From: Bugula neritina
Taxonomy: Eukaryota > Animalia > Bryozoa
Direction: 5' to 3'
Length of the DNA: 64,000 bases
NCBI GenBank assembly: GCA_964035545.1
Contig: OZ037767.1
Location: forward strand, 2,863,680-2,927,679
The translations under genes were made by a program, and so were the position numbers. Below the pieces are notes generated by a model that searched no databases, was not told the DNA's origin, and saw only the letters and a program-made list of their open reading frames with translations. Positions 12,301 through 27,300 of the stretch are shown piece after piece (within the stretch, counting starts at the first letter, position 1; the number at the start of each line of letters is the position of its first letter).

Positions 12301-15300
12301 TGGTTTTCTGTAAGGATTATAATATTGAAAATGCGATCTTGAGCAATAAAATTGAAATATGATATAGACAGCAATTGAGATTTTCTGCAGCTGTTTCAAT
12401 AATACTTTTCCAGTTACCTTCATATATAATAATATTTTAGAGCTTTGCCAAGTCAAACAAAAAAACCAGCTCTCCATCGTAAGCCAGAAAAGAAGGGCCT
12501 ACAGAAAGGAATAGGACACAACAAATATGTGCAAACACCTAAAAGGATGCAGAAAAAGATTAGAAGCAAAGCTGTTCAATGCTGGTATATAGAAATATGG
12601 CGAAATAGTATTGTTCACTTAGCTCAAAAACTGAATTCATAGCTTTTCTACATATTTATTTTTATTTAAAATGCATGTTCTAATGCAACAAAAAACCAAA
12701 TATTTTTGTGTAATGGAAATAATATTTTTAATTTTCCACCTCAAGGTGTGTCAAAAATAAATTTGGACAATATATCTACTTGTAGTCTCAGTTTCCATTG
12801 AAATGTAGATATTGTAGAATATGATCTTAGAGTCACTTGAAAAGTTCAGCGCAAAAATAGTCACCATATTGAAGTATATTCACCATTATTGCAACTCAAA
12901 CTCAACGGTAAATTAATTTCAAAGGTCAGGGAGATTGCAAATAATGAGGTTTATTCTCATAGTAAGCTGTACACACTACAAGAGGCAGTAGCAACTGACT
13001 GCTACTAAAAATCACCAGAGTGTTAATGTTCATAAATCTTCATTGTACACGAATTTGCTGAACATCCATTCAGCAAATTCTTCCTCATCTTCAGTTGGGG
13101 GGAATGTAGCTTGCACCCAATCGTATAAGCAAGCTGGTAAAGGGCGTCTCTCACCCTTTTTAATATCTGGAAACAGCCAGAACACCAAAAACCGGTAGCT
13201 GCAGAACCTTTTTTTAGTGTTGAGAGAATGGGCCTTCTCATCAAACAAATCATCTACCAAAATAAATGATTGGCTAAATAATCAAGTAAGACTATCTAGA
13301 AAAACTAACAATGACAGTTACTGATCTACAGTAGCAATTGACTAACCATGATATCTCAGGTAGCTGCTGTATGCAACTTCTAATACAGCTGGTTGCGTCA
13401 ATTGCTGTACTCCCGGGTGCTGTGTTATACATTCCATGCTGCTATCTAATCGAAGGTTTGCAGCATGATCACGGCAACAAACAGACTGTTCCACTGTAGG
13501 CTGATTTTGGCAGCGGTGGCAAGTGCACCACTCCGTGGCTGGCCTTATATTTTTCTACAAAACAAACAAGCTTTTCTAAAAACGTTATTACCAGTATCAT
13601 CCACATTAAGTCCATTGATTACTGTGTCTAAATTTGTTTCCTGTATGTTTCTTTGTATTGAAAATTGAGTCCAATGAGGCTGAAGTTTGAAAATACTTTA
13701 AAATCATGGGTTTTAAAATATTCCAAGTTTGCATTACTGTTCAAACTATTTTTATATTTATAGTTGAAAATTAATTAGATTTTTTATATCAAAACAAACT
13801 CATAATTTTTGCTATGAAATAAACTAATTTTCAGAAATTTTAAAATATTTTATTGTTGTTAGTACTATATGTTATACTATAAAAGCAGAAATTCAGAGAA
13901 ATAGGGGGCTTAGAAATAAAATACTAAATGCTATCATCGTGAATGCAAGTTTCACATGATTATGTATGTGATTAACTTATTTTGTTAAGGATCGGTATAA
14001 CCACAATTACAATAAAAGTGAATAATAATTATCATTATTATGCATTTATAAAAATACGGTCTTTCCCTTGACTTAAATTATCAGGTAAATCTAACTACAA
14101 ATAATTAATACTAATACCTGTATTGGTAGTAGTAATAACAAAATTAGTATTGATCAAATATTTAATTACTTGACTGGAATTTGTAATCATTAAATTTAAT
14201 GATTATCACTTTATTATTAATAATATTATTATTATATAAACCGATAGCAATCATCAAATATTTAGCTTGTAATTTGATATCATGCTTGCTCTAAAGCTTT
14301 AGTAGCACAAAACTCAGCTATATTAACTAATTAAGCCAGGATCAATACGAGCATTGGCATTGAGCATTGGAATTTCGATTACAAAATGAAAATGAAATAT
14401 TATAATTATAATAATTTATAACTTATACTAGCTTATACTTATAACTTAAAGTTAAAGTATTACTATTAGTATTAGTATTACTATTAGTATTACGGTATTA
14501 GTAACACTATAGTTTATAAAATTAAATCGTACTGATACTGTAAAATTATAAATATTATCACCTGTTGCTCATCAGTAACAGTAAAATCCTTGTCATGACT
14601 ATCATCTCCATTTTCATCTTGATACGTAAACGGCTCAAACTGATAGCCCATTACTTCAGAAATCTCAGTGACAGCGTGAGTGTGATTGTCATAGTCATAC
14701 TCATTGCGATTCTCACTGTGCTCTAAGTATTCTTCGTCAGAGCCAGATATGTTCATATTGATATCGTATTTATGTTATTTCTGTATTAGGTTTATCTTTA
14801 TCACAATTACACTGCACAGACTCGGACACGGTAAGTTGGTAGCTATGTATTTATTGCCGCGAAATTTGTTTATGAAATAAAACCTAAATTCCACAAAAAA
14901 ATACTAATTGGGGGCTAGACAGACGTCCGATAAATTAAAAATGCTAAAACTAAGGTTACATGCAACGGAAAATATAGCCAATACTTAATTTCCGAATGTC
15001 TTACAGGCGGCGTTTCCATCTATTTCTCGCAACTGCGGTGTAATACGTCACAGAAGGGCGAAAAAAATTCTCGAAGTTTTTTGGACATGCATGCACTAAA
15101 ACTGTTATAAAACAAAATTGTTTAGACCTGAAACCCTAAAAGAGTGTTAAAATGATAGCTAAGACATAGATGAATATTTTCATGCTATATAAGTAAAGTG
15201 TGTCAGGAATTCTTTAATCACTTCAAGTTTACAGTTTTGGTGCATAACTAAGTAAAGCAAAATACATTTATTTAGTAAAAACAAGTAAAGAATATGAGAT

Positions 15301-18300
15301 GAATTATTAACAGTAAATCACCAAACTAGTAAGTGACTTGATTTACCTGTATTAGTAAGTTACTAGACCTACATGTACCCTGTACTAGTAAGTTACTAGA
15401 CCTACATGTACCCTGTATTAGTAAGTTACTAGACTTATCTGTGCTTTGTATTGTAAGTAATTTGTACCTTACCTCGTACTTCCCTTCACGAACCAGCCTG
15501 GCAAACCTCCTAGATCCAGCCACATTGCATCTCTCACCAATGTTTACAAACAGAGTGTGTTTACCAACATACATGGGCTCCAAACCTACAAACAGCAACA
15601 GCTGTGTATCACAACAGGCCAAGTATATAGCACCTGAAGTGATGCACATAACACCTTGGATCATGTATATAACACCTCTGATCATGTGTACAGCACCTCA
15701 GGTCATGTATGCCACACCCCAGGCCATGTATATAACACCTTAGATGATGCATATAGCACCCCAGGTCATGCATAAGAAAAATACCAACACTAGTTCACTG
15801 CATGCAGACAAAATCAAAATTTGATTAAAAAACAGACAGTGCCACAGAAATTATGCACCAAAGTTGACAAGTCTACAGCAAAATTTTAAAAAAAATCATT
15901 TATTTATTAATTTATCAACACAATCAACAGCAGATGAAAAAGAACAAGATTGATGCATCGCGTGGTGATAGAATGCTAAGCATGCACAGACGGCGTGGAA
16001 TTTCACAGCCAGGGTGTACCAGATTGCGCACCAGTTTTGCAATATACAAACAATCTATTCACTTTTCTATGTCTAAGAAATGTCAAAATACGGAAAGAGC
16101 GATACCATCTGTGCCAGGTGTGGCCCTGCAATTTCTTCACGCCAGTAGTAAGTGAACTAAGTTGATTCAGAAGTGAGTAGTATTATTTAGGTTTACATTA
16201 TACATTACGGAGGCAGCTAGGATATGGCAAGTAAGAGAGAGTTTGTGTTGCTGACTTTCATTATATACACTGTGGTCAAACCAAACCCACTTTTCTGGCT
16301 CAGCAAAAGATCTCCAAGGAAGGTTAGAAAAATATTATGGACACAAAGAAAACACAACACCAAATGTTATGTTCATTAACTGAGGGTGGAGCGTTCATTC
16401 ATAAAGTGGGAGATGAGAATACATGAAATTCTCTGGTGAGATAAGCTGTGCTGATAAAGTCTGCCACTGACAAACAACCTGTCAGCCACCTGTCAGACGT
16501 TGCTTCTCTCCTCTCTACCCACTACCCCTTTTTATCTCTATTGTATGTGCCACTGAAAGGGGTATTTCATAACAGTGCTTGCATCAGACCAGTATGATGT
16601 CTAGCCTGAACCCTAACCACCTAAGAGAGGAGTTTGGTTAGAAGTCATTGTGACACCCACTGAACTGAAACTATAACCCTGGAAAGGACATCCTGTAGCT
16701 TTATAATGTAACCCCGCTTCCAAAGAGCAGCCATCTTGGTGGATTGCTAGCTTCACTTTGAAGTGAGATTTCTGAGCAGTTTATAACGTGACCCGTTCAT
16801 TTTTTTACGTCAACTCGAGCCTCTTTTCGAGAAGTATTTTAATTTTAGCCAGTTTGCCGCCATTGTTAAATTTTCAATTGTCGTAGTTTGTCACTAATAG
16901 TAAGCATTACTAGGGGGGTTATAGTTCAATGGTGACACCAACAAGGTTTATTCCGTTTCAACTACATGAACTTTAATCTTTATTTCCTGGTTATAACTTA
17001 CTAATGAAAAAATCCTTCCCTAATGCTACATATTTGTGAAAGAAACAGTTATTAGATTTTAGAAAAGCTTATTAGTATTTCTAGAGTCAATCCAGAAAAC
17101 CCATTTAAAAAGTTCCACAGGCATTCGAGACATTTCAGAAGAAAACTATGAAACAGTCTTTCCACCAGTTAAACACCAAGTGCCTTCAACTTTTTATAAG
17201 AATTTTCTACTAAAACAAAAATTGTTCTTCTTTTTGAACAAAAAGCTAAACGAAAAATTTTATTTTTTTGGAACTCTGGTACTGATCTGATGAAACTTGA
17301 GAAGCACTTGATATCACGAGTTCACAGCTACTCAAATTGACCAGCAGCTGAGTAAGCTGGTGGGTGGAATAGTGAAGAGACGTACTAACAGCAGCTGCCA
17401 CTATTATTAAGGCAGCAACAGTTCAAATCCACATGACCCTGGCTCATCCTAAACAACTGCCAGATAAATAAGACAAAGCTTATAATAGGCTAACTAAGTG
17501 CCAATTCAGCGAATCAAATTCATTGAAACATGATCTAGCATATCACATTCACAAAAATAGATGGTAAATGAATTGAGTGTTTTCTCCCAAAGGCTATATA
17601 AATGATGGGCAGGGAGTGATATGAACTCATTGTACATGGGATACCACAAGAACTAGAGCTTTATATTCACACACATTTGCACTCATCAACACAGTCATCA
17701 TGAGGACGGCAGCTAAAGTGATTATATCCTTGCTCCTGCTACTCCATTACATTGTAAGTATATTGTAGTATTACATTAATGTACAGTTGAAACGTGCGTG
17801 CTTGCATAATACACAGCTTATAGTTGTGGTATAGAAATTGTCCAATAGATATGCTATTACATAACCATCATCAATACAGCGTGACATAATCACTGGGCCG
17901 TGCTGCGGTCTATACATACTTTATTACACAGCTGGGTAGTAGTAGGGACGGCTGACTGTCAATCGGCATATTGAGTGAAAGTAAACACTTACATACAAAA
18001 AAGTTTTGATATACCTTTTTATAACATAATCTGAATTAAAATATTAGAATGAAACATGTGTTACAGGTAAGCGCTAATCACTAATATATTTACTAAAAGA
18101 ACCGGTACTGTACTTCACAGATTGAAAAGCAGTGGACATTTTTATACATTTAAAGCTAAATTAAACTGAAAGATGAAAAAAATTACAAATGTAACTTAAA
18201 TCTAAGAAACAGGAGATGTAGGGGCTTTAAAAATTGTTTTAAAATAAGCAAAATTGGTAGTCTAGATTTACTTTACACAATAGAAAATAGAAATTTTTTA

Positions 18301-21300
18301 AACAATTGGCAAATGGAATACATTTGACGAATGCCTCAACACTTAGAATTACAAGTTAAGATTTGTATGAAAAACTGCTGTTATTGATAAATAAGGTAAT
18401 GCAGTGGATCCAAAAATTAGAGTGAAACCAACAGCACCGTATTTACTATGTGAGTTTGGTGACAGCTGTTGTTTTCCTGTCTAAAATGTAATACTATCAG
18501 CAATACGGCTACAAGTTGACCGCTCAGTGCTAACTCTAACATCCTGTTATATGCTTTATTCAATGCACTGAACCATCCGCTGACCTTAGTTCAAACAGCG
18601 GCAGCATACTGCTTGCTGTCCTTCAATAATTCTTCAGAAACTTACTTTTTACTGACAAGCCAACAAGATTTTCAAGTTTTTAAGTTTTTCTGATTTTACA
18701 GACAATTTCTTTTACTGTACGCATGGTTTTTAAAGCCAACAGCATTTGAAAACCGACAATTTTTACTGCACTTTCTTAGGCCTTTAAAACAAAAATCAGC
18801 TAGACAAATATTAGAGGAATAGTGATGATGTTTACAGGAGATGAACACAGCGTTAGTACCAGACAGACCTAGTGAGTGCCCAGAGTTCTGGGAGAGTCAG
18901 ATGGAGTGCTCATGTCTTCATGGATGCTTTTTATGTTCCTTCACAACAGAAGACTACGACATAGAACAGTGTCTGCAAGTGTGCAAGGTAAGCCCCACTG
19001 TCTCCCCCCCCCATCCTGTCTCCCTCCCATCCATTGAATAACAACACTGCCATTACTATTGAGCATGTTCATTATAAGGTTAATATTTTTTTCACAATCA
19101 GCTTTTCGTGAAAATATCAACAGAATTTAGCTTCAGATTTCAAAAAGAATTAATAAAACTAGTTGAAAGATCAATGTAAAAATTAGTTTAGATTGAAATT
19201 CCAAAAACATTTTGTGTTCGATAATTGCAAAAACTGTATTTATAAGCTTAGCTTTATCACTACAATATTTACTATTGGTTTCAGCACTCACCGCCTATCA
19301 CATTTAATAAATAAGGAAAAGGTGAAAGTGGATTGTTGTGATTGAAAATCGTTTTGATTTTAAGACGGGCTGGGTGATGGCTGCTTCCAACAAATCATGA
19401 ATAATTTGTACCATAGTTTTCACACTGTCTGGCAACAACTAGACATATTTTGCTACAGATGAGCAAAATATGTACAAAATATGTACAAAATATGTAAACC
19501 ATACTGGCTAATTAATTCAAAAAATGATATAAATACGATATCAAAATATTAAAACATAAGTGATCAAAATTTTTTAATGTCTGTGAGCAAAAAATTTGAA
19601 TTTTTTCACTTAAAAGACGAGCCAGCTTGTCTCCACGTGCAGGATGTGTATCCAGAATCTGACACTTGAAGTTTAAACTCAAATCTTGCCCAAAACAGCA
19701 CAAATGACTTTTTACAATTTATAGGATTTCCAGAAAAACTTTCTTCATTATTTTAAATTCATTACACTCCATTTAAATGAGATTTCCATCTAAATAACAC
19801 ATGGCAATACATGTCCAAGACTGCACGAAAGAAACCATCTAATTTACCAATTCCAATATTTTTACATTACATAAAAAACCATATTGCATGACGAGTATAA
19901 GCCATGTTTATATCTTGCAGGACACTGGAGCTTTGGTGGTAGACCATCCAGCCTGCATGGGCACTAACTACGATGATTCGAAAAGAAGAAAACGAAGGCA
20001 TATAAACAAAAAAATTGATTTACGAAAGCTTCTATCATTGCCGTCACAGTAACCTAACTCCAGTCACAAAGAGCTGCACCACAGGAAACATAGTCAAGTC
20101 GACCAATGAAACTACATACAGGGCATCAGCTCTACTCTATCTGTGATAGCAAACAGAAAGGCCAAGAATTTGCCCAGCATTGGCTGGGACCTGCCTAGTA
20201 GAAATCTAGTAGTTTCTTTGGGAACTGCGGAATCTAGGATGGAAGATAATGACAATAGCAGACTCGGGTAACCAATGACTGAAGTAAGAAGCAGAAGCAA
20301 AGCTGGTGTACAGGTGCATTGTTATGTTAATCAACTCAGCTGTGGCTAGAGCAGAATATATTATTATATTTATTTTTTGGGGCGGCTATTAGCAGCTGCT
20401 AAACAGAATCTCAACAAACTCTCAATGATATTGTTTAGATATGCAATGCTGAAATTGGCAACAACAAATCCTTAAGGACATTTATCCATACTACTATATT
20501 TAGTACACACACCACTGTAAATATACATATTTATATGTAAATATAATGTATATATTTATACTGCGTTTTGGCTCTAACTAGCAGACAATTATATTTTTCA
20601 CATGATGTGTATATGTGATATTTTCTTGGCCAACGTTATTTTTCCGAAATCATAACTATTTTTTGCAGTTTCATTTATTAAGCCATTGGCTGACAAGAGG
20701 AAGTACTATTATTGCTCACAATCACTTGCACACACCTGCTGGCAATTGATACAAATGTTGCGTATTATATGCATAAATATTGTGCGGTTTATATTGTAAA
20801 TACATAATTCACCATAAAAAACTTTCTAATGTTGTTATTACAAATCCAAATATAGAAGGAGGTGGTGTGACAGCACTGGTAGTACAAGCTGATACTGGTA
20901 TAGCCCGCCAAGTCTCCTACATCCAGGCACTTTCAGACTCCAGATTTCATTTTCTTAGTTGCTCACGGCTCTGGAACGTAGCCAAGCCAGACAGGATCGG
21001 CTATTGACAGGGAAATTAAATCTTTCATATAACATCCTCTTAATCCATTCAGTTGAATAAGATTAGCATCTGATAATGTGCAGACCAGACTGAGAACTGG
21101 TCTTCCAAAGGTTGTTGTTGGTGCATTCAACTCATGGGGTCAACCACCTGACCTTTTAGAGGTCATGCCAAGAGCCAACACTCAAACGGAGAGAAAATTT
21201 TCACCTCTCTGTACCAGGGCTACACAGTAACTCGTCTCCCCATATCTATATATAAGTGCTGCCTAAAACCCATCACAACTGCTGCCACAATTATCACCTG

Positions 21301-24300
21301 ATGTCAAAGTGAAAGTGTTTACTTTGGATGACCATAAGATAACACCAACAGGTTCATAGAATAATATTATAACTACTATGTTGCCCCATGTGATTCATTG
21401 AAGATTATTATTAAAATAAATTATTACAAATAGTGGAAAGTTGGAGCAAAAAATAAGTTGGCCACAGCTAGCTGACTCAACACGTGTTCGTGGAGCTGCC
21501 TCTACAGCTTAACGGCAGCAGGGTAACTAAAGTGCATGCAAAACTCTTGATCCATGGTTTTAGACTATTCTTTCTGTAGTCCAACATGACAGCATAACTG
21601 CTACATAAAATAACTCTTGAGCCAGGCTCATAAAATCATGCCAGGAGAAATGATAAATCACAGAGTACTATAATTACCTTTAGAAGCAAATTTCTAGAAA
21701 GGACAACTCTTAAATATAAGTGAAATTTTTTTTTCAATAATCACAAGAAAAATGGAAGATAACGAAAAGACTATGAAGAATATGAGATTTAACACAGCAC
21801 TGTGTGAGGCTGTCACAGTACACTACCCTATAACACTGACACCTAACTGCTTAATGTGTAGAAACATAACTAAGAAACTTTTTAGTTGATACGAGAACTT
21901 AGGAAGCATGGGTTTTTGTTCAGAAAATCAGTAATCAACAAACAATTTTATTAACTACAAAAAACTACAAAAAATTTTGAAACTCAGTTTTGAGGCAAAT
22001 GGCGGCCAACTGGAGAAGAAGTAAGATTAGTTTCTTAAGACAAGAGATAATGTTACATTCTCCATTCTATGACATAATACATTAGAGTTGAAGATGCAGA
22101 CCTAATTCATCAAAACTTTGAGTTGAAGCAACTTTTTGATGAAGAAATAGGCTAATAGAAAGATTTGGATTAAGGATTAGGGCATGTATAAAGTGTGCGG
22201 TAATGTAAACTTGTATTAGCATAGAAGCCCTGTATCTCATTGGTTCTGGTTTCAATAATCAATCACGCTAACAGGCTACGGGGAGAATGCACAAGCCTAG
22301 CGGGCCTATAAAATGAACAAAGTGGGGCCAGTCACGTTCATAATTTCGAGAGAGAGAGAGAGAGTTGAAAGATACAGCAATTGCTGCCTCGTACAGAACG
22401 GAATCACTCTTAGGATTTGTGATCATGAAAATGACTTACATAGCTCTAGCAATGCTAATAATAGTCACAGTCACGGTAAGTTCATAATTAAACTGTAAGT
22501 TAAGGCTGTAAGTTATGGAAAGATATTGGCGGTAATTATATTTCAGAATTCTGTTGTGTATAGCTACATCAGCACATCATTTCTTTATCTAGATCAATGT
22601 AATGATCATACTAACTAGTTGTAATACACTGAAATAGCTGGGAGATCGCAAGCGGGAGATAACTCCCAAAATTTAGTCCAATTTATAGAACCTTATAAAT
22701 TAAAAGTTGAAAGGTTATTCATATACAGTGCACTTTTTGAATGGAATCTATGCTTAGCATTATTTTATAAAATGTATTAAGATATGTTAGTAAAAGTTTT
22801 AAAACTCTGGAGACATGGTCTTAATATACAGTTTTAGAGATTATTTCATCAAATAAACTGATATGAGAGAAAATCTCACAGTTCTGTTTAGAACATTTTT
22901 ATCTACTTCTATAATATATCTGACGATATGCCAAAAAGTGGAAGGTTTTAAATTTTTCCAGAAATGTTATATTTTAAACTATAATGCTCTATTGCTAGGA
23001 ATTTATGTATATAACATAATGTCTTATAAACTGGCACTCAATGTAATATAATACTCTGTTTAAATATATTATAATGTAATGTGATACAATATAAGTTTAT
23101 CATAATAAATCATAATACAATATATTGTATTATAATACAATGGACTACACTCTACAGTATAATTTATCATAGCATAATGTGACAGACTATAGTATAACAT
23201 ATTATACTATAGAGTATAGTATATTATAGTGTAGTAAACAATATTGTATCAGAATGTGATATAATATAATAATATATTGCAATTTAATATAATATTATAC
23301 TATAATATATTACAACACAATATTGAAGGTACAGGAAACAGCTACAAAGCCATATGGCTACCCGTGCCCTTCCTATTGGCTGCAGAAACTCAAATGCAAA
23401 TGTTTCCAGGGCTGTCAGCAGTGTAAGACGTACTACAGTGGTTATAAAATAGAGCTGTGTCTGGCAGCGTGTGAAGTAAGTGCTGCCAATGCTTTAAAAT
23501 TATTATTTTGTATTTAATCCAATGGTGTAATACAATAATATGTATTTACGTATCTATGTACATAAATACTTTCCCAAACCAAGAATAAGTTATAAATATA
23601 TTCCAGAGTAATGAATGTTTCTTCTACAAAATAAAAAATTGAAAATAAAATGATGTTTTTTCAAAGTCAATTTTTTTACAAAAATTCTAATACTTGTAGA
23701 AAACACAGGCTAATATCATAGACCTCCCGACCACGTCAACAATTGACTACGGAGTTGGCTGTGCTGTGGGCCTCAACTACACCACCCCACCCTCTAGCAG
23801 AACTCAAACTATTAAATTTGGACATCATCGATAGTTGACGAACTATAATTATGTCTAGATTACTACAAGTATTATGTTTTAATAACTTATCTCTATTTAA
23901 AAACAGTTGCACCAGAAGCTTTTATTTTTGTATTTCTACTAATTCAGCCAATTTTTAAATTAAATTAAAAAACTCTGAAAATGGCACAAAAAATATCAGA
24001 AAGGCAAATGCTTTTGGAACCACTGTTAGCTTACTGGCAGTGTATTTTGATGTATCAGATATTATAATACCCCACGCAGCTGCACCACAATGCAATCAGA
24101 CACAAATTTATTGATATTCTTATATATAACCAATTATTACTCTGTATTTAATATTCAATATCCTCATTTGAAGGTTGTAGTGAAGCCATTTTATGTATGT
24201 ATAATCAAATTTATATTTATTTTGTGCTGTGCATTAACTTTAACTTGACTAAATAAAAGGTCTGTTTTTCACATGCTACGCATTTGCTGAGCGGCACGCT

Positions 24301-27300
24301 TACTCATGCCATACTGATAATTTTGAACACTGAGCAATATTAATTGCAATCCAATAACTTGTATAATATGCTGTAGTTTGTCAACAAGATTTATGTCTTT
24401 TTTAAAATGCTATACAACAATGTTGAGCTAAAGAGTATTTAAACCTATTTAAATTATTCATTTATTTTTAATTACTGTAATTACACAAGTATGCAGAGCT
24501 AAATACACTCTGGAAAACCAAATCAAAACTTGCCACATGATTGAATCTGATAAAGTAGTATAAATGATAAATTAATATGCCATAGACTGAGATTAGGCAT
24601 AGCTGGATGGGAGAGGGCCTTAGAGAGGTGCCCGTATTCTTCATCAGGAGATAGGGAACCAGTGGGCACAGTAAATTCATTACAATGGAAAAAAAAATTG
24701 CTATCAAGTTTCAAAAACTCTGGAACTTGTAGCTGGTAGCACCATTGAGCATTACAATTCAAACTCACCTCAACAACCTGCATGATAAACTACTAGATAA
24801 TATAAAAACAATATAATAATTTAGACTGAACTATTTTGTAATCAAAGAGCTGGGCGCTCACTGAGTCTACATGGCATACATATATACTATATTCCATAAC
24901 ATAGTAACACAAGACAAAAAATTATTTTCAATGAGCACTTTAGCCAAAGAGAGTACAACTAAATTTATATGAGCAATAAAGGGTTATGGTAATGATGTGG
25001 GACTTCAGCAACACCACCCTGCCCCATTCTACCCTTACTCCAACCCTGCCCCTACCCCTGCCCCTGCTCCAACCCTTACCCTACCCCTACCCCAACCCCT
25101 ACATTCAGTTCACCAATGTTCAACAGTGCCACCTCTTCAGTTCTAAGAATTACCTGCTAATGAGTATGACATACAACACACATTTTTAATGACACACATA
25201 TTTATATAGTCAGCACTACTATAAGTTAGCTATTCTCAAAAAACAACAAAGCAAATTTTTTCCCAATGGTTAGGCAGTTTCCGGCACTATAATAGGTTAA
25301 TGGGGAGACAACTATAAAAAATTGGTTATGACAGTTTTGTAGCTTACACTGGCAATATATAAGGTCAAGTGTCAAATGCATTTATAGAGCAGCATCAAAA
25401 GATACACCAGCAGCAACAAGTTAATCAATATGTTTTTACGGATGGAAAATAAAATTTCCAAAAATCTTATGCAAATATAGTTTGAGATTTTCAAATACCA
25501 ATTTCAAAAATGAGATCTTTCAGAAGAGCAGCACAAACTACCGAAAAAAATGTGAATCAACACGTTTTTATTATTGCTTGCGGTGAGCAAAACAATACAT
25601 GTTTGGAGAAAAGGTGTTAAAACCCGGAGGATTAGAAACTAACAAAGACCGATTTTTACCGCAATGTCTTGAATTTAGCCTTGAATCCGCTTACATATGA
25701 CTTGTTGATTTCATGTATCCAATCAGCAAGCAGAGCTAACATAATCTACCCAATCAGCACGCAGAGCTAACACATCTTATGCTAATTCTCTTCAGAATAA
25801 TTTGCATTAAATCATATGTTTTACTTATACATACTAGAATAGAAATACATTGTCCGTACCGTGAAATATGCACTGTGTAAACACACTCTCAAGGTCACAA
25901 AAGGAGGCAATAAATGAAAGCACCTAAATACTTTTAGTCTTACATTATAAAATGAGGATACTAAATTTATACCAATATTGTTAAAATAGTTTTAATTTGT
26001 GCCATAAAAATTAAAAATATGTATTTGGAGTTATCTCCCTTTTACACAACTTCAAAAAAATTGCTATGGTTGTTGGAAAGTAATACAGATACTATTTTTA
26101 TAAATTATTCAATTACTGTTTCATTACGAAATTCAAATCCAATTAGAAAATGAACATTAGATTTCCTTTAGTAAAAGGAAGCCATAATATAGTAATGTCA
26201 GTTTTTCAGGATAAAAACATTGTAGCACTTCCACTAAATGCATCTATCTCAATAAACTAAAAAACATACTACGTTCAGCACACTCAATGTTTTTCTAGTT
26301 AAATTAAAGGAAAGTGAACAATCAGCAGACGTAGAGCTGTTGACTGACGATTCCAAGAGCCCATAGAAAAGTGCGGAGTTACAAGCTGTACAAGGATATA
26401 TAAAATACTTAGAAAGGCAGCTGAACACGTAGCTACAATGAGCCAGGAGAAGAGACAGCATATAGGGAGGTCGGCAGCAAAGAGTTGTTGGTTTGGACAA
26501 TGCGTATCCTTCTGCTAGTGCTTCTAACTTTCGTAAGTATAAACATTACGCTCAAACACAAGAAATTATAACTAACCTCATTTTCTTATTAAAATAATTA
26601 ATATTATGCAGTATTTTCTGCATGCATCTATATAACCCTGCTGTACTGAGGTGTGCACTTGAGTTTTGTATGTTTATGAAAGAAAATGCTGTAAATAGGT
26701 GTTGGAACTTTATGCAAATGTCTCCATACTAATGAATTATTATGTTAATTGCTAATTAATAATTTTATAAGCTCCAATTGAGTGTTAAATACACTTTTCT
26801 AAAAGTATTGTTCTCTTGCCAATCAACACACAAGCATGAGTTGCTGCAAGTTCTAGAAACGAAATTTTACACCCCCTCCCCCCCTTCTATCAAATTACTT
26901 TATATGCTGAATATATTGTTTGTTTCTGCCGTTAACTTCGATAACCTACGTTAGAGAAAATACAGGAGGGTGTTTCAAGCCCGAGCAAAATCAATTTAAG
27001 AGAATGTAAAACAAACTCAAAACTATTTAGAGTTTAGAAATAGCGGAGAAAAATTGGTAGGCATGTATCTTGCAGGGCCTTGACTTGTGGGTATCGGAAA
27101 GCTGTACAGAATGGTGGGGCAGATACCCTATTAAATGTAGCTGCCTGAGGGGATGCCTTAACTGTGACCTTCATATGACAGGATATAATATTACTATATG
27201 TCATATGGAGTGTAAGGTGTGTAATATAATATTACTATATGTCATATGGAGTGTAAGGTGTGTAATATAATATTACTATATGTTATATGGAGTACAAGGT

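Larger units (their letters stand above)
10652..15213. mobile_element. Kolobok-type DNA transposon, non-autonomous (THAP plus KolX, no DDE), in MTR intron 9
   Basis: TTAA on both sides (10648-10651, 15214-15217); termini AG...CT; imperfect ~145-bp TIRs (AGAATCCCTGACACACTTTACTTATATAGCACGAAAATATTCATCTAT... vs ...ATAGATGAATATTTTCATGCTATATAAGTAAAGTGTGTCAGGAATTCT); convergent THAP and Cys-rich KolX-like genes inside. Confidence 0.88.

Noticed and set aside
10648-15217. piggyBac assignment for the TTAA-flanked element
   Set aside because: Termini begin AG rather than CC, and the THAP plus KolX cargo fits Kolobok.
17340-17445. tRNA/SINE-like A and B boxes (GTTCAAATCC)
   Set aside because: No cloverleaf; too degenerate to call from one copy.
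24468-24783. Minus-strand ORFs between peptides B and C as a fourth paralogue
   Set aside because: No signal peptide, no shared Cys frame, wrong strand; no further paralogue found elsewhere in the intron.
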